NCBI GenBank assembly: GCA_964525635.1
Contig: CAZGJX010000013.1
Coordinates: 1-51,008, forward strand
DNA from: an uncultured archaeon
GTDB lineage: Archaea > Asgardarchaeota > Lokiarchaeia > Sigyniarchaeales > SOKP01
Length of the DNA: 51,008 nt
Reading direction: 5' to 3'
The notes beneath the pieces were generated by a model. It did no database searches and was not told the origin of the DNA. It was given only the letters and a program-made list of their open reading frames with translations. Both the position numbers and the translations under genes were made by a program. Below are positions 29,636 to 40,321 of the stretch, in pieces; the first letter of the stretch is position 1, and every line of letters starts with the position of its first letter.

Positions 29636-29853
29636 TAATGTATTTTTTTTATATAATTTAGAGATAAACGTGATTTTATAACTGAAACTAAATCTTATTT
29701 TTAACTATATTAGGTTATATTTTAATAAAAAATTTATTCATGTATTTTTTAAGTTTTTCCTTTAATATAAGAAATTATAATAACTAGATTTAAATAATCG
29801 CTATCATAAAAAAAGGAAAGAACATATTAAATTACAAATTAAAGGTTTATTTT

Positions 29854-31515
29854 ATGGTAAAAGATGTATTTACATTTATCGTAGGTGGAAAAGCTGGAGA
29901 AGGAACTAAAAAAGCTGGTTCAGTGGTAGCTCAAATTTTTATCGAAAAGGGATTACAAGTTTTTGAAATGGAGGATTATATGAGTTTAATTAGGGGGGGT
30001 CATAATTTTTCAGTTGTAAGTACAGCAAATAGATGGATAAGTAGTCATTATATGAAAGCAAACTTAGTAGTTAATTCTGATAAAAGGAGTTATGAAAATC
30101 ATAAAAATGAATTGGCAGATAATGGTGTAATTATATATAATTCTGATGAAATGGAAGGAGAAAAAGGAATAGGAATCCCATTTTTTTCAATGGCTAAAAA
30201 ATATAAATTTGGTAAATTAATGTTTGGTGTTGGTGCCGTAGCAATATTAGCAGCATATATTAATTATACTAAAGAAAAATTGAATAATATTATTAAAAGA
30301 GAATACAGTAAAGGGGAAGAAGATAATATCTCATATGCTTCTGAAGTATACGATTTTTTTTCTTCTCAATTTGAAACTAAATTTACATTAGAAAATGGGG
30401 ATAAAAAAAGACCTATTCTCACAGGAAATCAAGCAATTTCATTCGGAGCTATAGCTGGAGGTCTTGATACATATTATGGATATCCAATGACACCTGCTTC
30501 CTCAATACTCCATACATTAGCTGAGAATGCTTCTGAATTTGGTTTAGCTGTAGTTCATCCTGAAAGTGAAATTGCTGCGATTAATATGGCAATTGGTGCT
30601 TCATTTACAGGTGCAAAATCAGTAGTAGGGACCAGTGGTGGTGGTTTTGCTCTTATGGTTGAAGGCTATTCACTTGCGGGAATAACAGAAGCACCAGTTT
30701 TAGTTATATTGTCAATGCGCCCTGGTCCAGCTACAGGTGTACCAACATATACAGAACAGGCGGATTTAGAATTTGCATTAGTAGCAGGTCATGGAGATTT
30801 TCTGAGAATAGTTGCTTCACCAAGTACCATACATGATGCATTTTTCTTAACTGCAGAAATGTTGGATCTTGTTTGGAAATTTCAAACACCTGGTATATTA
30901 CTTACAGAAAAACATTTATCTGAGAGTTTTATGACTGTTGAGCTAAATATTGAGAATGCTAAATGGGCAGAATCAAAATTATTTAAAGGTAAAGAAAATT
31001 ATAAAAGATATCTTTATACAGATGATGGAGTTTCTCCCTTATTATTTCCTCCTTCTAATCAAATAATAAAATGGAGTTCTTATGAACATGATGAAAATGG
31101 TTATACAACAGAAAATGCTGACGAAATAAAAAAAATGCATGATAAAAGACATAAAAAAGTAGAATCAATTGAAGAATACTTGAAAAAAAATATCAATACA
31201 GTTAATATTTTCGGTAAAGAGGGCCCATTAATTTTTACATATGGATCTACAACTATGAGTGTATTAGAAGCTCTATATTATGGAGATATAAAAGCAAGAG
31301 TAATACAACCAATCTACCTAAATCCATTTCCCATATGGGAAATTAAAAAATTCCAAGATACATCTATTATTGTAGTTGAGATGAGTAAATCGGGACAATT
31401 TGCAAATCTCTTAAAGGGAAAAGCAGGATTAAGAGTAGAGAAATTGATAAATAAATATGATGGAAGGCCATTTGATCCAATAGAATTGTCTATAAAATTA
31501 AAGGAGGTATTTTAA
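29854..31515 (+). CDS. korA: 2-oxoacid:ferredoxin oxidoreductase alpha subunit (gamma-alpha fusion)
   Basis: GGKAGEG, SLIRGGHN, YPMTPAS, ESEIAA, TSGGGFALM, RPGPATGVPT. Confidence 0.93.
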   Translation: MVKDVFTFIVGGKAGEGTKKAGSVVAQIFIEKGLQVFEMEDYMSLIRGGHNFSVVSTANRWISSHYMKANLVVNSDKRSYENHKNELADNGVIIYNSDEMEGEKGIGIPFFSMAKKYKFGKLMFGVGAVAILAAYINYTKEKLNNIIKREYSKGEEDNISYASEVYDFFSSQFETKFTLENGDKKRPILTGNQAISFGAIAGGLDTYYGYPMTPASSILHTLAENASEFGLAVVHPESEIAAINMAIGASFTGAKSVVGTSGGGFALMVEGYSLAGITEAPVLVILSMRPGPATGVPTYTEQADLEFALVAGHGDFLRIVASPSTIHDAFFLTAEMLDLVWKFQTPGILLTEKHLSESFMTVELNIENAKWAESKLFKGKENYKRYLYTDDGVSPLLFPPSNQIIKWSSYEHDENGYTTENADEIKKMHDKRHKKVESIEEYLKKNINTVNIFGKEGPLIFTYGSTTMSVLEALYYGDIKARVIQPIYLNPFPIWEIKKFQDTSIIVVEMSKSGQFANLLKGKAGLRVEKLINKYDGRPFDPIELSIKLKEVF

Positions 31516-31516
31516 G

Positions 31517-32365
31517 ATGGATATAAAAGAACTCGATACATCTGTTGAAAATACATGGTGTCCTGGATGTGGAAACTTTGCAATATTAACAGCAGTTAAA
31601 AAAGCGATGGTGAAATTAGAGGAAAAAGGAATTAATAAGAATAATATTGTTATATCATCTGGAATAGGTTGTCATGCTAAAATTTTTGATTATTTGAATC
31701 TCAGTGGAGTTTATAGTCTCCACGGTAGAGATATTGCGACTATTCAAGGAATAAAAATTGGGAATCCGGATCTAAAAGTAATAACTTTTTCAGGAGATGG
31801 AAACGGGATGGGAGAAGGATTGGCTCACACAATGTTCGCCGCTAAAAGGAATATGGATATGACAATGATTCTCCATCATAATGATGTATATGCATTAACG
31901 ACAGGACAATTTACACCACTCACAGAAAAAGGATGGAAAGGACCATCAACTCCAAGAGGTAGTTTTGAAGAGCCTTTTAATCCATTGTTATTGATGATTG
32001 TTGCGGGTGCTACTTTCTTAGCGCGATGCTATAGTGGAGAAATTACACACCTTACTGATATTATAATCCAAGCTGTTGAACATAAGGGATTTTCTTTCAT
32101 AGAAGTTATACAACCTGCAGTTTCATATCATTCTTGGGCAGAATATAAAGATAAAATTGAATTTTTAGATAAAGAACCTTCAAATTTAGAAGAAGCTATT
32201 TTATCGATTAGAAACAACCATAAATTCACTCTTGGAGTTTTTTATAGAAATATAGAGAAACATGTTTACCATGAACAATTATATGGTGATCATAATCCTA
32301 TAACGAAAAAAAGCCTACGAGAAAAACGGATAAAAAAAATAGAAGAAATAATTAATAGAATATGA
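31517..32365 (+). CDS. korB: 2-oxoacid:ferredoxin oxidoreductase beta subunit
   Basis: TWCPGCGN, SGIGC, LHGR, GDG TPP motif, YALTTGQ. Confidence 0.93.
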   Translation: MDIKELDTSVENTWCPGCGNFAILTAVKKAMVKLEEKGINKNNIVISSGIGCHAKIFDYLNLSGVYSLHGRDIATIQGIKIGNPDLKVITFSGDGNGMGEGLAHTMFAAKRNMDMTMILHHNDVYALTTGQFTPLTEKGWKGPSTPRGSFEEPFNPLLLMIVAGATFLARCYSGEITHLTDIIIQAVEHKGFSFIEVIQPAVSYHSWAEYKDKIEFLDKEPSNLEEAILSIRNNHKFTLGVFYRNIEKHVYHEQLYGDHNPITKKSLREKRIKKIEEIINRI

Positions 32366-32473
32366 TTATTGATTATTTTTTTATATAATTTTTAAATTTT
32401 TTTTTATTATGGCGTTGTCTTTATATCTTTTTTGTTATTATTTATTTAGTATGTTTAGTTTTAATTCATGATT

Positions 32474-33856
32474 TTATTCTTTCTGAATTAATTTTTGGTA
32501 TGGTTTTACCATTTCCTTTTTCATTCTTCCATCTTTAAATACTATTTCTCTAAATTTCTTATTCTTAAATAATAACATCATGATTCTCGAATAGAAGGGT
32601 TTTTTTGGAAAATCATAATATCCGTGTTTTTTATAATATCTATGATCTGCTTGAAAGATAGATCTCATTGATTTATAGATTTCATCGCGAAATATTTTTT
32701 TTCCTCCATAGTAAAGAAAACTTGGTTTTTTAATATAATTTTCTTTCGAAAATTTCACTAGATTTTTAGCAAAATAGAATAATTTCAAATCCAATTGTAT
32801 AGAATCGTCAAATTCATCTGTTATGATATCTACTAAATTACTATTGTTCATTTCTACATAAGATATAAGAATTTGTCTTAGATTCGCATTCTGATTTAAT
32901 AAACCTGAAATTAGAAATCCAAATTGTTTTCCCATCAATCCTGGAATATGTCCATTAAAAAAAGATCTATCAAAAAACATTTTCCATCTTGATGATAAAT
33001 ACCTATCTTTTATAACTCCAGCAAAAATGATAATATCTGCTATTTTTAGTTTATTGGTCCAAAAATCTATAAATTCATCTTTATTCTCATATATACAATG
33101 ATTATCATAAGAACAATGAAGGCAACCTAAACATCCTCCTTTAATATCTAAATCATATAGGTTTATTATTTCAACATTATCTAAAAAACAATTTTTAAAT
33201 TTCTCAATCATTTTTCCTAAATTTGTTTGACCATCTAAAGAATCTGTTATGATGATTATTCTTTTCCCATCATTTTTTATTTTTTCATCTTCTTTAATAT
33301 TCAAATTAGGAAAATAATCAAATTCTAGAGTTTTTATAGGATGGTAATATTTCACTGTAGGAATTTTATTTTCTATAAAATAAAAGAATTTTTCTGCAAA
33401 TAAAATCAATTTCCTTCTTTCAGCTTCGTTCAATAAATCGTTCATATGTGCTGAAAAGTCATCAATATAATTCATTTCCAAATCATCACAAATAGCATGA
33501 ATATAATTAATTGCTGTATGATCAAAAAATTTTATTGATGTGGTTAAGAGAGAAGAATATTTTCCTTGAAACGCTTCTTGAGCATGATATTCATAAATTA
33601 ATTCTATAAATCTTTTGTATTGAGAACAAACTAGCATATAATATAAAGGAAAACCCCAAATGATACCATCTGACAATTTTATATCTTCAATTATCTCCAA
33701 AAATGAATTTCGGTTTTTTTCTAATTTTTTAATTTTTTGAGCTACATTAATTATTTTTAATTCATGTTGTGAAAATTTCATTTGTAAAAATAAAATATAT
33801 TGCATAGTTACGCTCAAATCTCCCTTTGGACTTCCATTTAAAACAATTATTTTCAA
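32474..33856 (-). CDS. Tandem flavodoxin-fold protein (NAD(P)H-dependent FMN reductase / iron-sulfur flavoprotein-like)
   Basis: N-terminal IIVLNGSPK..DGIIWGFPLY; second domain with Isf-type CLGCLHCSYDNHC and KMFFDRS. Confidence 0.8.
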   Translation of the reverse strand: MKIIVLNGSPKGDLSVTMQYILFLQMKFSQHELKIINVAQKIKKLEKNRNSFLEIIEDIKLSDGIIWGFPLYYMLVCSQYKRFIELIYEYHAQEAFQGKYSSLLTTSIKFFDHTAINYIHAICDDLEMNYIDDFSAHMNDLLNEAERRKLILFAEKFFYFIENKIPTVKYYHPIKTLEFDYFPNLNIKEDEKIKNDGKRIIIITDSLDGQTNLGKMIEKFKNCFLDNVEIINLYDLDIKGGCLGCLHCSYDNHCIYENKDEFIDFWTNKLKIADIIIFAGVIKDRYLSSRWKMFFDRSFFNGHIPGLMGKQFGFLISGLLNQNANLRQILISYVEMNNSNLVDIITDEFDDSIQLDLKLFYFAKNLVKFSKENYIKKPSFLYYGGKKIFRDEIYKSMRSIFQADHRYYKKHGYYDFPKKPFYSRIMMLLFKNKKFREIVFKDGRMKKEMVKPYQKLIQKE

Positions 33857-34323
33857 TAATTTTACACCTTAATATATTTATAATATCTAGATCATTATTC
33901 TAGAATGATATTCTATTATTAATATAGGATATGGAGTCCGATTTTTACTTCCCAAAAAATCATATCTATTCATGATACTAAAATAATTATTATAATATAT
34001 ACTGAATTTAATTTGATAATAATCAAAGAAAAGTCTTATTTTAATTATAGATATTTACACTACTAGCATATAAAATCTCAGTTTTAAATAACTTTCTAAT
34101 TCAAAAATAAAAGATATATTCAGAAATTATAATAAACTAACTAAAATCTTGCTATATTTATTCAATTTCTTTAGTATATGATTTTCAAATGATATTTTCT
34201 TTAAATTTGATAAAATAAAATTTAAATTTCATAAATGGAATGTTAAAATAAACTATAATTTCAAATAAATATAAATTAACAATCCTATAGTTCATTACTA
34301 ACTTTAAATTAAAGAACCAGAAA

Positions 34324-35013
34324 ATGAAAAGAGTATTTAAAGAGGAAGAAGAAAAAATAATTTATACTCTAATAAAAGAGTATACTAAGAAAAAACCCAT
34401 TATAGAAATAAAAAGTCTAATTCATTTTATGAACAATCGATTAAAATTAAATCAGGACTTCAATAAAAATAAAATCGAATTAATTCTGAAAAAATTTATT
34501 GGGAATCAAATCATTTTAGTTGGAAAAAAGTTAGTTAAAGAAGATATTTTAGAAACACCAATTAGAAACACAATAAATAATCTCATAATAAATAATCCTG
34601 GTATCAATATAAACCAAATAATGAACGAATTGAATATAGGAGCTAACCGGGTTCTGTGGCATCTAGAATTATTAATGAATTTTAAATATATAAGATCAAT
34701 AAAAATAGAAAGTCAAAAAGTTTTCTTTAGTTTTAATTCAGATGCCAAATATGATTTATTATTTTTTTTTCTTAGGAATGATAAAGTAATTAAAATATTA
34801 GAATTTTTGAAACAAAAAGAAGAACCTCTTAGACCAACCATCATAGCCGAAAGCTTATCTATGCATTATAATACAGTAAAAAAATACTTAATCACATTAG
34901 TTAGTTTAAATTTAGTTTTAAAAGTAAATGGAAATAAAAAAAAAAGATATCTTATAAATAAAGAAAATTTGGAAAAAATATTGATAATGTTAGATAATAT
35001 ACATATATCCTAG
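34324..35013 (+). CDS. Multi-wHTH transcriptional regulator (ArsR/MarR-like tandem wHTH)
   Basis: NPGININQIMNELNIGANRVLWHLELL and PTIIAESLSMHYNTVKKYLITL HTH motifs plus an N-terminal wHTH-like domain. Confidence 0.85.
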   Translation: MKRVFKEEEEKIIYTLIKEYTKKKPIIEIKSLIHFMNNRLKLNQDFNKNKIELILKKFIGNQIILVGKKLVKEDILETPIRNTINNLIINNPGININQIMNELNIGANRVLWHLELLMNFKYIRSIKIESQKVFFSFNSDAKYDLLFFFLRNDKVIKILEFLKQKEEPLRPTIIAESLSMHYNTVKKYLITLVSLNLVLKVNGNKKKRYLINKENLEKILIMLDNIHIS

Positions 35014-35166
35014 AATTTGGTAATCTAATAAAAACTAATTAAATAATAATTCAAAGTGGTAATAAAAAAATAATTAAAAAAATTTCACATATATTCCAAT
35101 TGGTTTTTTAAGATAAAACCAACAAACTATGAGTAACATTAATTTAAACAAATATAAAAAATAATC

Positions 35167-35592
35167 ATGAATGGTTATACTTTACTTCAAGTGGAAAAGG
35201 AAATTAAAAATAATGTCATGGATCTATTTAAAAAAAATCATAGCTTAGCACTTGGTGAAATGGTCAAAGAATTATGTATTACACTTAATCATTTAGAAAA
35301 AAGACAAATCGAGCGCTATATTAAAAATATGATAAAAAATGGTTCACTATTAATAGGATCAAGAGCGACAAAAAAAAATATTTCATCATCCATTGAGAGA
35401 TTGGAGATATTTGATTTTATAACTAAAAATCCTGGAAAAACTCTACAAAATCTCTCAAATTCTCTTGACATTAATGTAGGAAAAATTATTTGGCATTTAA
35501 CATTATTAAAAAAGTTCCAATTTATAGAAGTTAAGAAGGAAAAAAAAGAAAATACATATTATCCAAATAAAATATATGAGGGATTTAATTGA
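35167..35592 (+). CDS. wHTH regulator, shorter paralog of the upstream gene
   Basis: NPGKTLQNLSNSLDINVGKIIWHLTLLKKF aligns with the first HTH of 34324-35013; stop overlaps the next start (TTGA). Confidence 0.82.
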   Translation: MNGYTLLQVEKEIKNNVMDLFKKNHSLALGEMVKELCITLNHLEKRQIERYIKNMIKNGSLLIGSRATKKNISSSIERLEIFDFITKNPGKTLQNLSNSLDINVGKIIWHLTLLKKFQFIEVKKEKKENTYYPNKIYEGFN

Positions 35593-38500
35593 ACAAAAAT
35601 AAATTTATATATCAGAATAGAGGTTGGAAATCAAGAAAAAATAATAAATCAATTTTAATATCATTTATTATTTTAACTTTCATATTATTCTCAAGTTTTA
35701 TTTATTCTTTAAATAACATTATGAAGTTCGATTATACTAATCAGAATCATAATTTAAATATATCTGCTCCTAATGAAGCTCCAATATTTATCGATGGAAA
35801 TTCTACAGGTGTAGGTGCGCATAATTGGTCTTGGGCAGAAACTCAAACTTGGTGTACTGGAGTAGGCACTTTTAGTAATCCATATATTATTAGAGATATA
35901 ATAATCAATGGTCAAGAAAGTTCAATTCCTCTAGAGATCATTAATTCAGAGAAGTATCTTGAAATAATTAATTGTACAACTCTTAATTGTTCAACTGAAG
36001 CTGGGATTGTATTAAATAATGTAAATAATACAAAGATTATAGATTGTGATAGTTCTTATAATCTTGGAGATGGGATTTCTCTAAATAGTTGTTTTAACAA
36101 TACTATAGAAAACTTTACAGCTTTTAATAATCGAAATGATGGAATTGAATTAGTTAATAGCCCAAATTGTATTTTAAAAAATAATAATATTAAAAGGAAT
36201 TCATATTTTTCGAGTTCTTATGGAATAACTATAGATAATTCGGATCTTGTTAATATAATCAATAACGAATTCTATTGGGTAGCTTATGGAATTCATATTA
36301 TTGAATCAAATCATTTAATCATCAATCACAATAATTTGACAAGAACACCAAATCGGGGAATAAATATTCAAGGTATATGTACCAATAACACAATCTCTGA
36401 AAATGAAATTTATAATGTAGCCAATACAGGATCAGGATACGGAATAGGTATAAGAATTGTGGGTAGTACAGATATTATTCAAAGTAATAGTAATATTGAA
36501 AATAATTATATATTTAATTGTTATAGTTATGGTATCTATATTTCATCTGTATATACAGACCCTCATGATGATATAACTGTATTTAATAATACAATTGAAA
36601 ATTCTGGTACTGGAATTTATTGTCGTAATTCTAGAAATGGATATGTAGCAAATAATACAATTAATAAATGTAAGACGGGTATAAGTGTAACTGATAATTG
36701 TTATTTGACTATAATTGAATATAATAAAATGTCTGGGGGAGGGATGTCTATAGATTTTGATTACATCTTAGATATAAAAACAACAAATACTGTAAATGGT
36801 AATTCAATCTATTATTATGTTTATGAACCAAATTTAAATACAGCGAATTTTACAAGTAATGGATATCCTGGACAAATTATACTTCGAGATTGTCCTAATT
36901 CCGTTATTGATGGATTTACTTTATCTAATTACTCTCAATGTATTTCAGTATTTAGGTGTGATAATATACAGATAATTAATAACATCGTTCATAATTCAAC
37001 TGGAATAGGAATATCTGTAGAAAATTCACATTATTCAAATATATCTAATAACCGCCTTTTTTATAACGAAAGATATGGTATGGACATCTCAAATTGCCAA
37101 AATTCAAACATTAAAAATAATAATGCTTCTTTTAATGATTATACCGGTTTGGATATAAGTGGATACAATAATACGATTGAAGATAATATTGCCAATAATA
37201 ATAGAATATATGGAATCTCGTTATATTCTGAACTTTCTACTATAGAAAATAACACTATATGTAATAATGGATTGTCAGGTTTATATCTTTGGACAGCACA
37301 TGATTCAGAAATATACAATAATACTATAGAATCTAATTTAGACCATGGTATCTATAATAGTGGAAGCGATAATGTTAATATTACAAAAAATATAATTAAA
37401 AATAATATTAATGCTGGAATAAGAATACTTAATGCTGAAAATACAAAAGGAGATAGAGGTGGACTCATTAATAATAATACTATTTCCTATAATAATGCAG
37501 GTGGTATTGTACTAGAAACATCATATAATATCTCTTTAATTTATAATAATTTAACCTCAAATGTACAAAATATCATTCTGGATTCATGCATTAATTGTTC
37601 TGCAGTCTCAAACACAATTTATCTTGGTGAACAGGGAATTTATAGTGATTATTCCAATCATATTACACTAGATTCAAATTATATTATAGATTGTATTGAG
37701 GGTATAAAATCTTATCGAACAGAATATCTTTCTCTTTATAATAATAATTTAATAAACTCAAGTATTAATTTTGGAAATTATTATTATGACTTTACTTACT
37801 TAAGTACAATGAATGTGTCATTGGACAATACTGTTGATGGAAAAACATTATATATTTATATAAATTCTACAAATCTTACTGAAAATGACTTTTTCTTATT
37901 TGGAGATCCATATATTATAATGTTAATTAATTGTAATGATAGTATTATTAATGATATGCAATTGGTGACTTATGATGTAGGAATTATTCTCTATGCTTGT
38001 AATAATATTATAATTAACAATTCAATCTTTTTAAATTGTTCAATTGGAATATATACAATACAATGTTCTTCAATTAATATAACAGAGTGTGATTTTATTT
38101 ATAATACTGTAGAAGCTATTAGATTTTCTTATACTTCAGATCTTTTAATAGAATCATGCAATATATCTTTTAATTTTGGGAGTGGCATTAGAACTGATGC
38201 AGGTTTATCTGATAATATTATAATTAGGAATAATGATTTTTATTATAATAGTGAATCTCCAATATCATTGAGTGCTGATAATATAGATATTATAAATAAT
38301 CGTATTTGTTATAATGGATTTCCTCCAGAACAATATTATGGTTATAATGGAATATCAATCTGGGCATGTGAAAATTTAACTATTTCAAATAATATAATCA
38401 AAAATAATTCTGGGAATGGAATAAGTTTTGGATTTGTTGATTTTGGAGTGTGTAAAATTGCAGATAATTTTATTGAATACAATAATTATGGTATTTTATT

Positions 38501-40112
38501 AGATGAAACAGTATCTAGTGAATTATATCTTATTAATAATACAATAAAAGATAGTAAGGGAATTGGGGGATTAGATTGGATATGGTCATCTCCATATGTA
38601 GAAATATCTTATAATACATTGATAAACTGTGATTTTAATTTTGATTATAGATTGCCATATTCATTTATAAATTGGAATATAACTTTAACTAATACAATTA
38701 ATGGAAAAATCATATATGCTTATATTAATACTACGGGTTTAAATTCTGAAGATTTTACATTTCTAGGTGATCCCTCGAAAATAATATTAATAAATTGCCA
38801 TAATTCTATTATTGAAAATTTTAATCTAGCCCATTTAAACGATGCCGTTATTCTCCATAAATGTAGTAATATTTTGATCAATAATTTGAACTTAACATAT
38901 ACATCATCATCAGGGATTTATATCGATGAATGTATCAACATTGAGGTTGATAATTGTATTATTTCCCATAATTTACAAAGGGGTATCTTTCTGATTTATG
39001 GAAATCAGTTCCTAACAATAAAAAATTGTCTCTTTCAAAATAATTCTATTGGTATCATTTCAACTCAATTTATAGCTGATACTGAAAATATAGAAATATC
39101 AAATAATATATTCAAACAAAATGAATATGGAATTGACGCTTCTTATGGCGATTATTTCAATATAATTGGTAATCAATTTATTGAAAATGAGAATTATGGT
39201 ATAAGGTTGTCATATCTATATTTTGCAACTATTGAAAATAATGAATTTTTAAGTAATATCAATTCAGGAGTTATTTTATATCATTCTTGTAGAAATTCGA
39301 CAATTTATAATAATATTTTCTGGAATAATTCTATCGGTTTAGAATCTTATTCTAACTCAGAATATAATCTCATTTATTTTAATAATTTTACACAGAATAT
39401 ATTGAATGCAATTGAAAATAATACAAGCAATAAATGGGATAACGGTAAATTTGGAAATTATTGGGACAATTATATTGGAGAGGATTTAGATTTAAATGGT
39501 ATTGGAGATACTCCTTACAATATTCAAGGAATTGCAAATGCTACAGATAATTTTCCTATAGTTAATTTCACTCTAATTAATCCACCTACAACGCCATCAA
39601 CTGATAGAAATCTAATTTTGATAATAGTTATATCATTAATTATTGCCATTTCAGTTTTAACCCTTTTAATTTTTGCACGATTATCTTACGATAAATTCAA
39701 ACCTCAAAAGAAAATTAGTGAACCCACTCTTGGTAAACCAGCATCTCCTGTAGTAAAATTAGAAGACTCTACACCGATGATACAAGAGGTTCTACGAGAA
39801 GAGTTCGAAAGGGAAGTTAATTTAGCGGATTATCAACCACAACAAATTCCTCAACCAACAAATAAGAATTATAAAGCTATAGTGAAACATTCTCCTCATT
39901 TAAAGGAATATCTTGAAACAAATAAATTAATTGAAGATATACCTAAAATGGAGAATTATATTACAAGTTTATCTGATCCTGAAACGATTAGAAAATTAAG
40001 TTTGTTAGATCTTACATTAAAGGAAAGAGGTCTATTAATTGAAGATTTAGTCAACTTAGCTCCTGAAGAGAGAAGAAAACTAATTAATAAAATGTTAGAA
40101 AATATAAATTAA
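35589..40112 (+). CDS. Large cell-surface right-handed beta-helix (NosD/CASH) protein with C-terminal TM and cytoplasmic tail
   Basis: N-terminal hydrophobic helix, many GIxLxxSxNxxIxNNxI repeats, GNYWDNY..DLDLNGIGDTPY, TM helix, about 140-aa tail. Confidence 0.88.
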   Translation: MNKNKFIYQNRGWKSRKNNKSILISFIILTFILFSSFIYSLNNIMKFDYTNQNHNLNISAPNEAPIFIDGNSTGVGAHNWSWAETQTWCTGVGTFSNPYIIRDIIINGQESSIPLEIINSEKYLEIINCTTLNCSTEAGIVLNNVNNTKIIDCDSSYNLGDGISLNSCFNNTIENFTAFNNRNDGIELVNSPNCILKNNNIKRNSYFSSSYGITIDNSDLVNIINNEFYWVAYGIHIIESNHLIINHNNLTRTPNRGINIQGICTNNTISENEIYNVANTGSGYGIGIRIVGSTDIIQSNSNIENNYIFNCYSYGIYISSVYTDPHDDITVFNNTIENSGTGIYCRNSRNGYVANNTINKCKTGISVTDNCYLTIIEYNKMSGGGMSIDFDYILDIKTTNTVNGNSIYYYVYEPNLNTANFTSNGYPGQIILRDCPNSVIDGFTLSNYSQCISVFRCDNIQIINNIVHNSTGIGISVENSHYSNISNNRLFYNERYGMDISNCQNSNIKNNNASFNDYTGLDISGYNNTIEDNIANNNRIYGISLYSELSTIENNTICNNGLSGLYLWTAHDSEIYNNTIESNLDHGIYNSGSDNVNITKNIIKNNINAGIRILNAENTKGDRGGLINNNTISYNNAGGIVLETSYNISLIYNNLTSNVQNIILDSCINCSAVSNTIYLGEQGIYSDYSNHITLDSNYIIDCIEGIKSYRTEYLSLYNNNLINSSINFGNYYYDFTYLSTMNVSLDNTVDGKTLYIYINSTNLTENDFFLFGDPYIIMLINCNDSIINDMQLVTYDVGIILYACNNIIINNSIFLNCSIGIYTIQCSSINITECDFIYNTVEAIRFSYTSDLLIESCNISFNFGSGIRTDAGLSDNIIIRNNDFYYNSESPISLSADNIDIINNRICYNGFPPEQYYGYNGISIWACENLTISNNIIKNNSGNGISFGFVDFGVCKIADNFIEYNNYGILLDETVSSELYLINNTIKDSKGIGGLDWIWSSPYVEISYNTLINCDFNFDYRLPYSFINWNITLTNTINGKIIYAYINTTGLNSEDFTFLGDPSKIILINCHNSIIENFNLAHLNDAVILHKCSNILINNLNLTYTSSSGIYIDECINIEVDNCIISHNLQRGIFLIYGNQFLTIKNCLFQNNSIGIISTQFIADTENIEISNNIFKQNEYGIDASYGDYFNIIGNQFIENENYGIRLSYLYFATIENNEFLSNINSGVILYHSCRNSTIYNNIFWNNSIGLESYSNSEYNLIYFNNFTQNILNAIENNTSNKWDNGKFGNYWDNYIGEDLDLNGIGDTPYNIQGIANATDNFPIVNFTLINPPTTPSTDRNLILIIVISLIIAISVLTLLIFARLSYDKFKPQKKISEPTLGKPASPVVKLEDSTPMIQEVLREEFEREVNLADYQPQQIPQPTNKNYKAIVKHSPHLKEYLETNKLIEDIPKMENYITSLSDPETIRKLSLLDLTLKERGLLIEDLVNLAPEERRKLINKMLENIN

Positions 40113-40115
40113 CTC

Positions 40116-40128
40116 TTTTTTTTTTTTT
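40116..40128 (+). terminator. Poly-T archaeal terminator
   Basis: 13 consecutive T immediately after the stop codon at 40112. Confidence 0.55.
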
Positions 40129-40321
40129 AATACAATTTAAAAAATTCAATATTTAAAAATAAAATTAAAACATTAAATTTTGTTTTAGAGTTTACATAAA
40201 ATATTTAATATGCTTAATTTTGTTTTATTTAATTAGATTTTAAAATTTTATATCTATTCAAAAAAAAATTAATTTAATCCTCTATATTCTTTAAAATTTA
40301 GCATAACAAATACAGATTTAT

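Noticed and set aside
33920-34320. Small ORFs in the flavoprotein-wHTH intergenic region
   Set aside because: Only ORFs under 30 codons with no motif or paralog support
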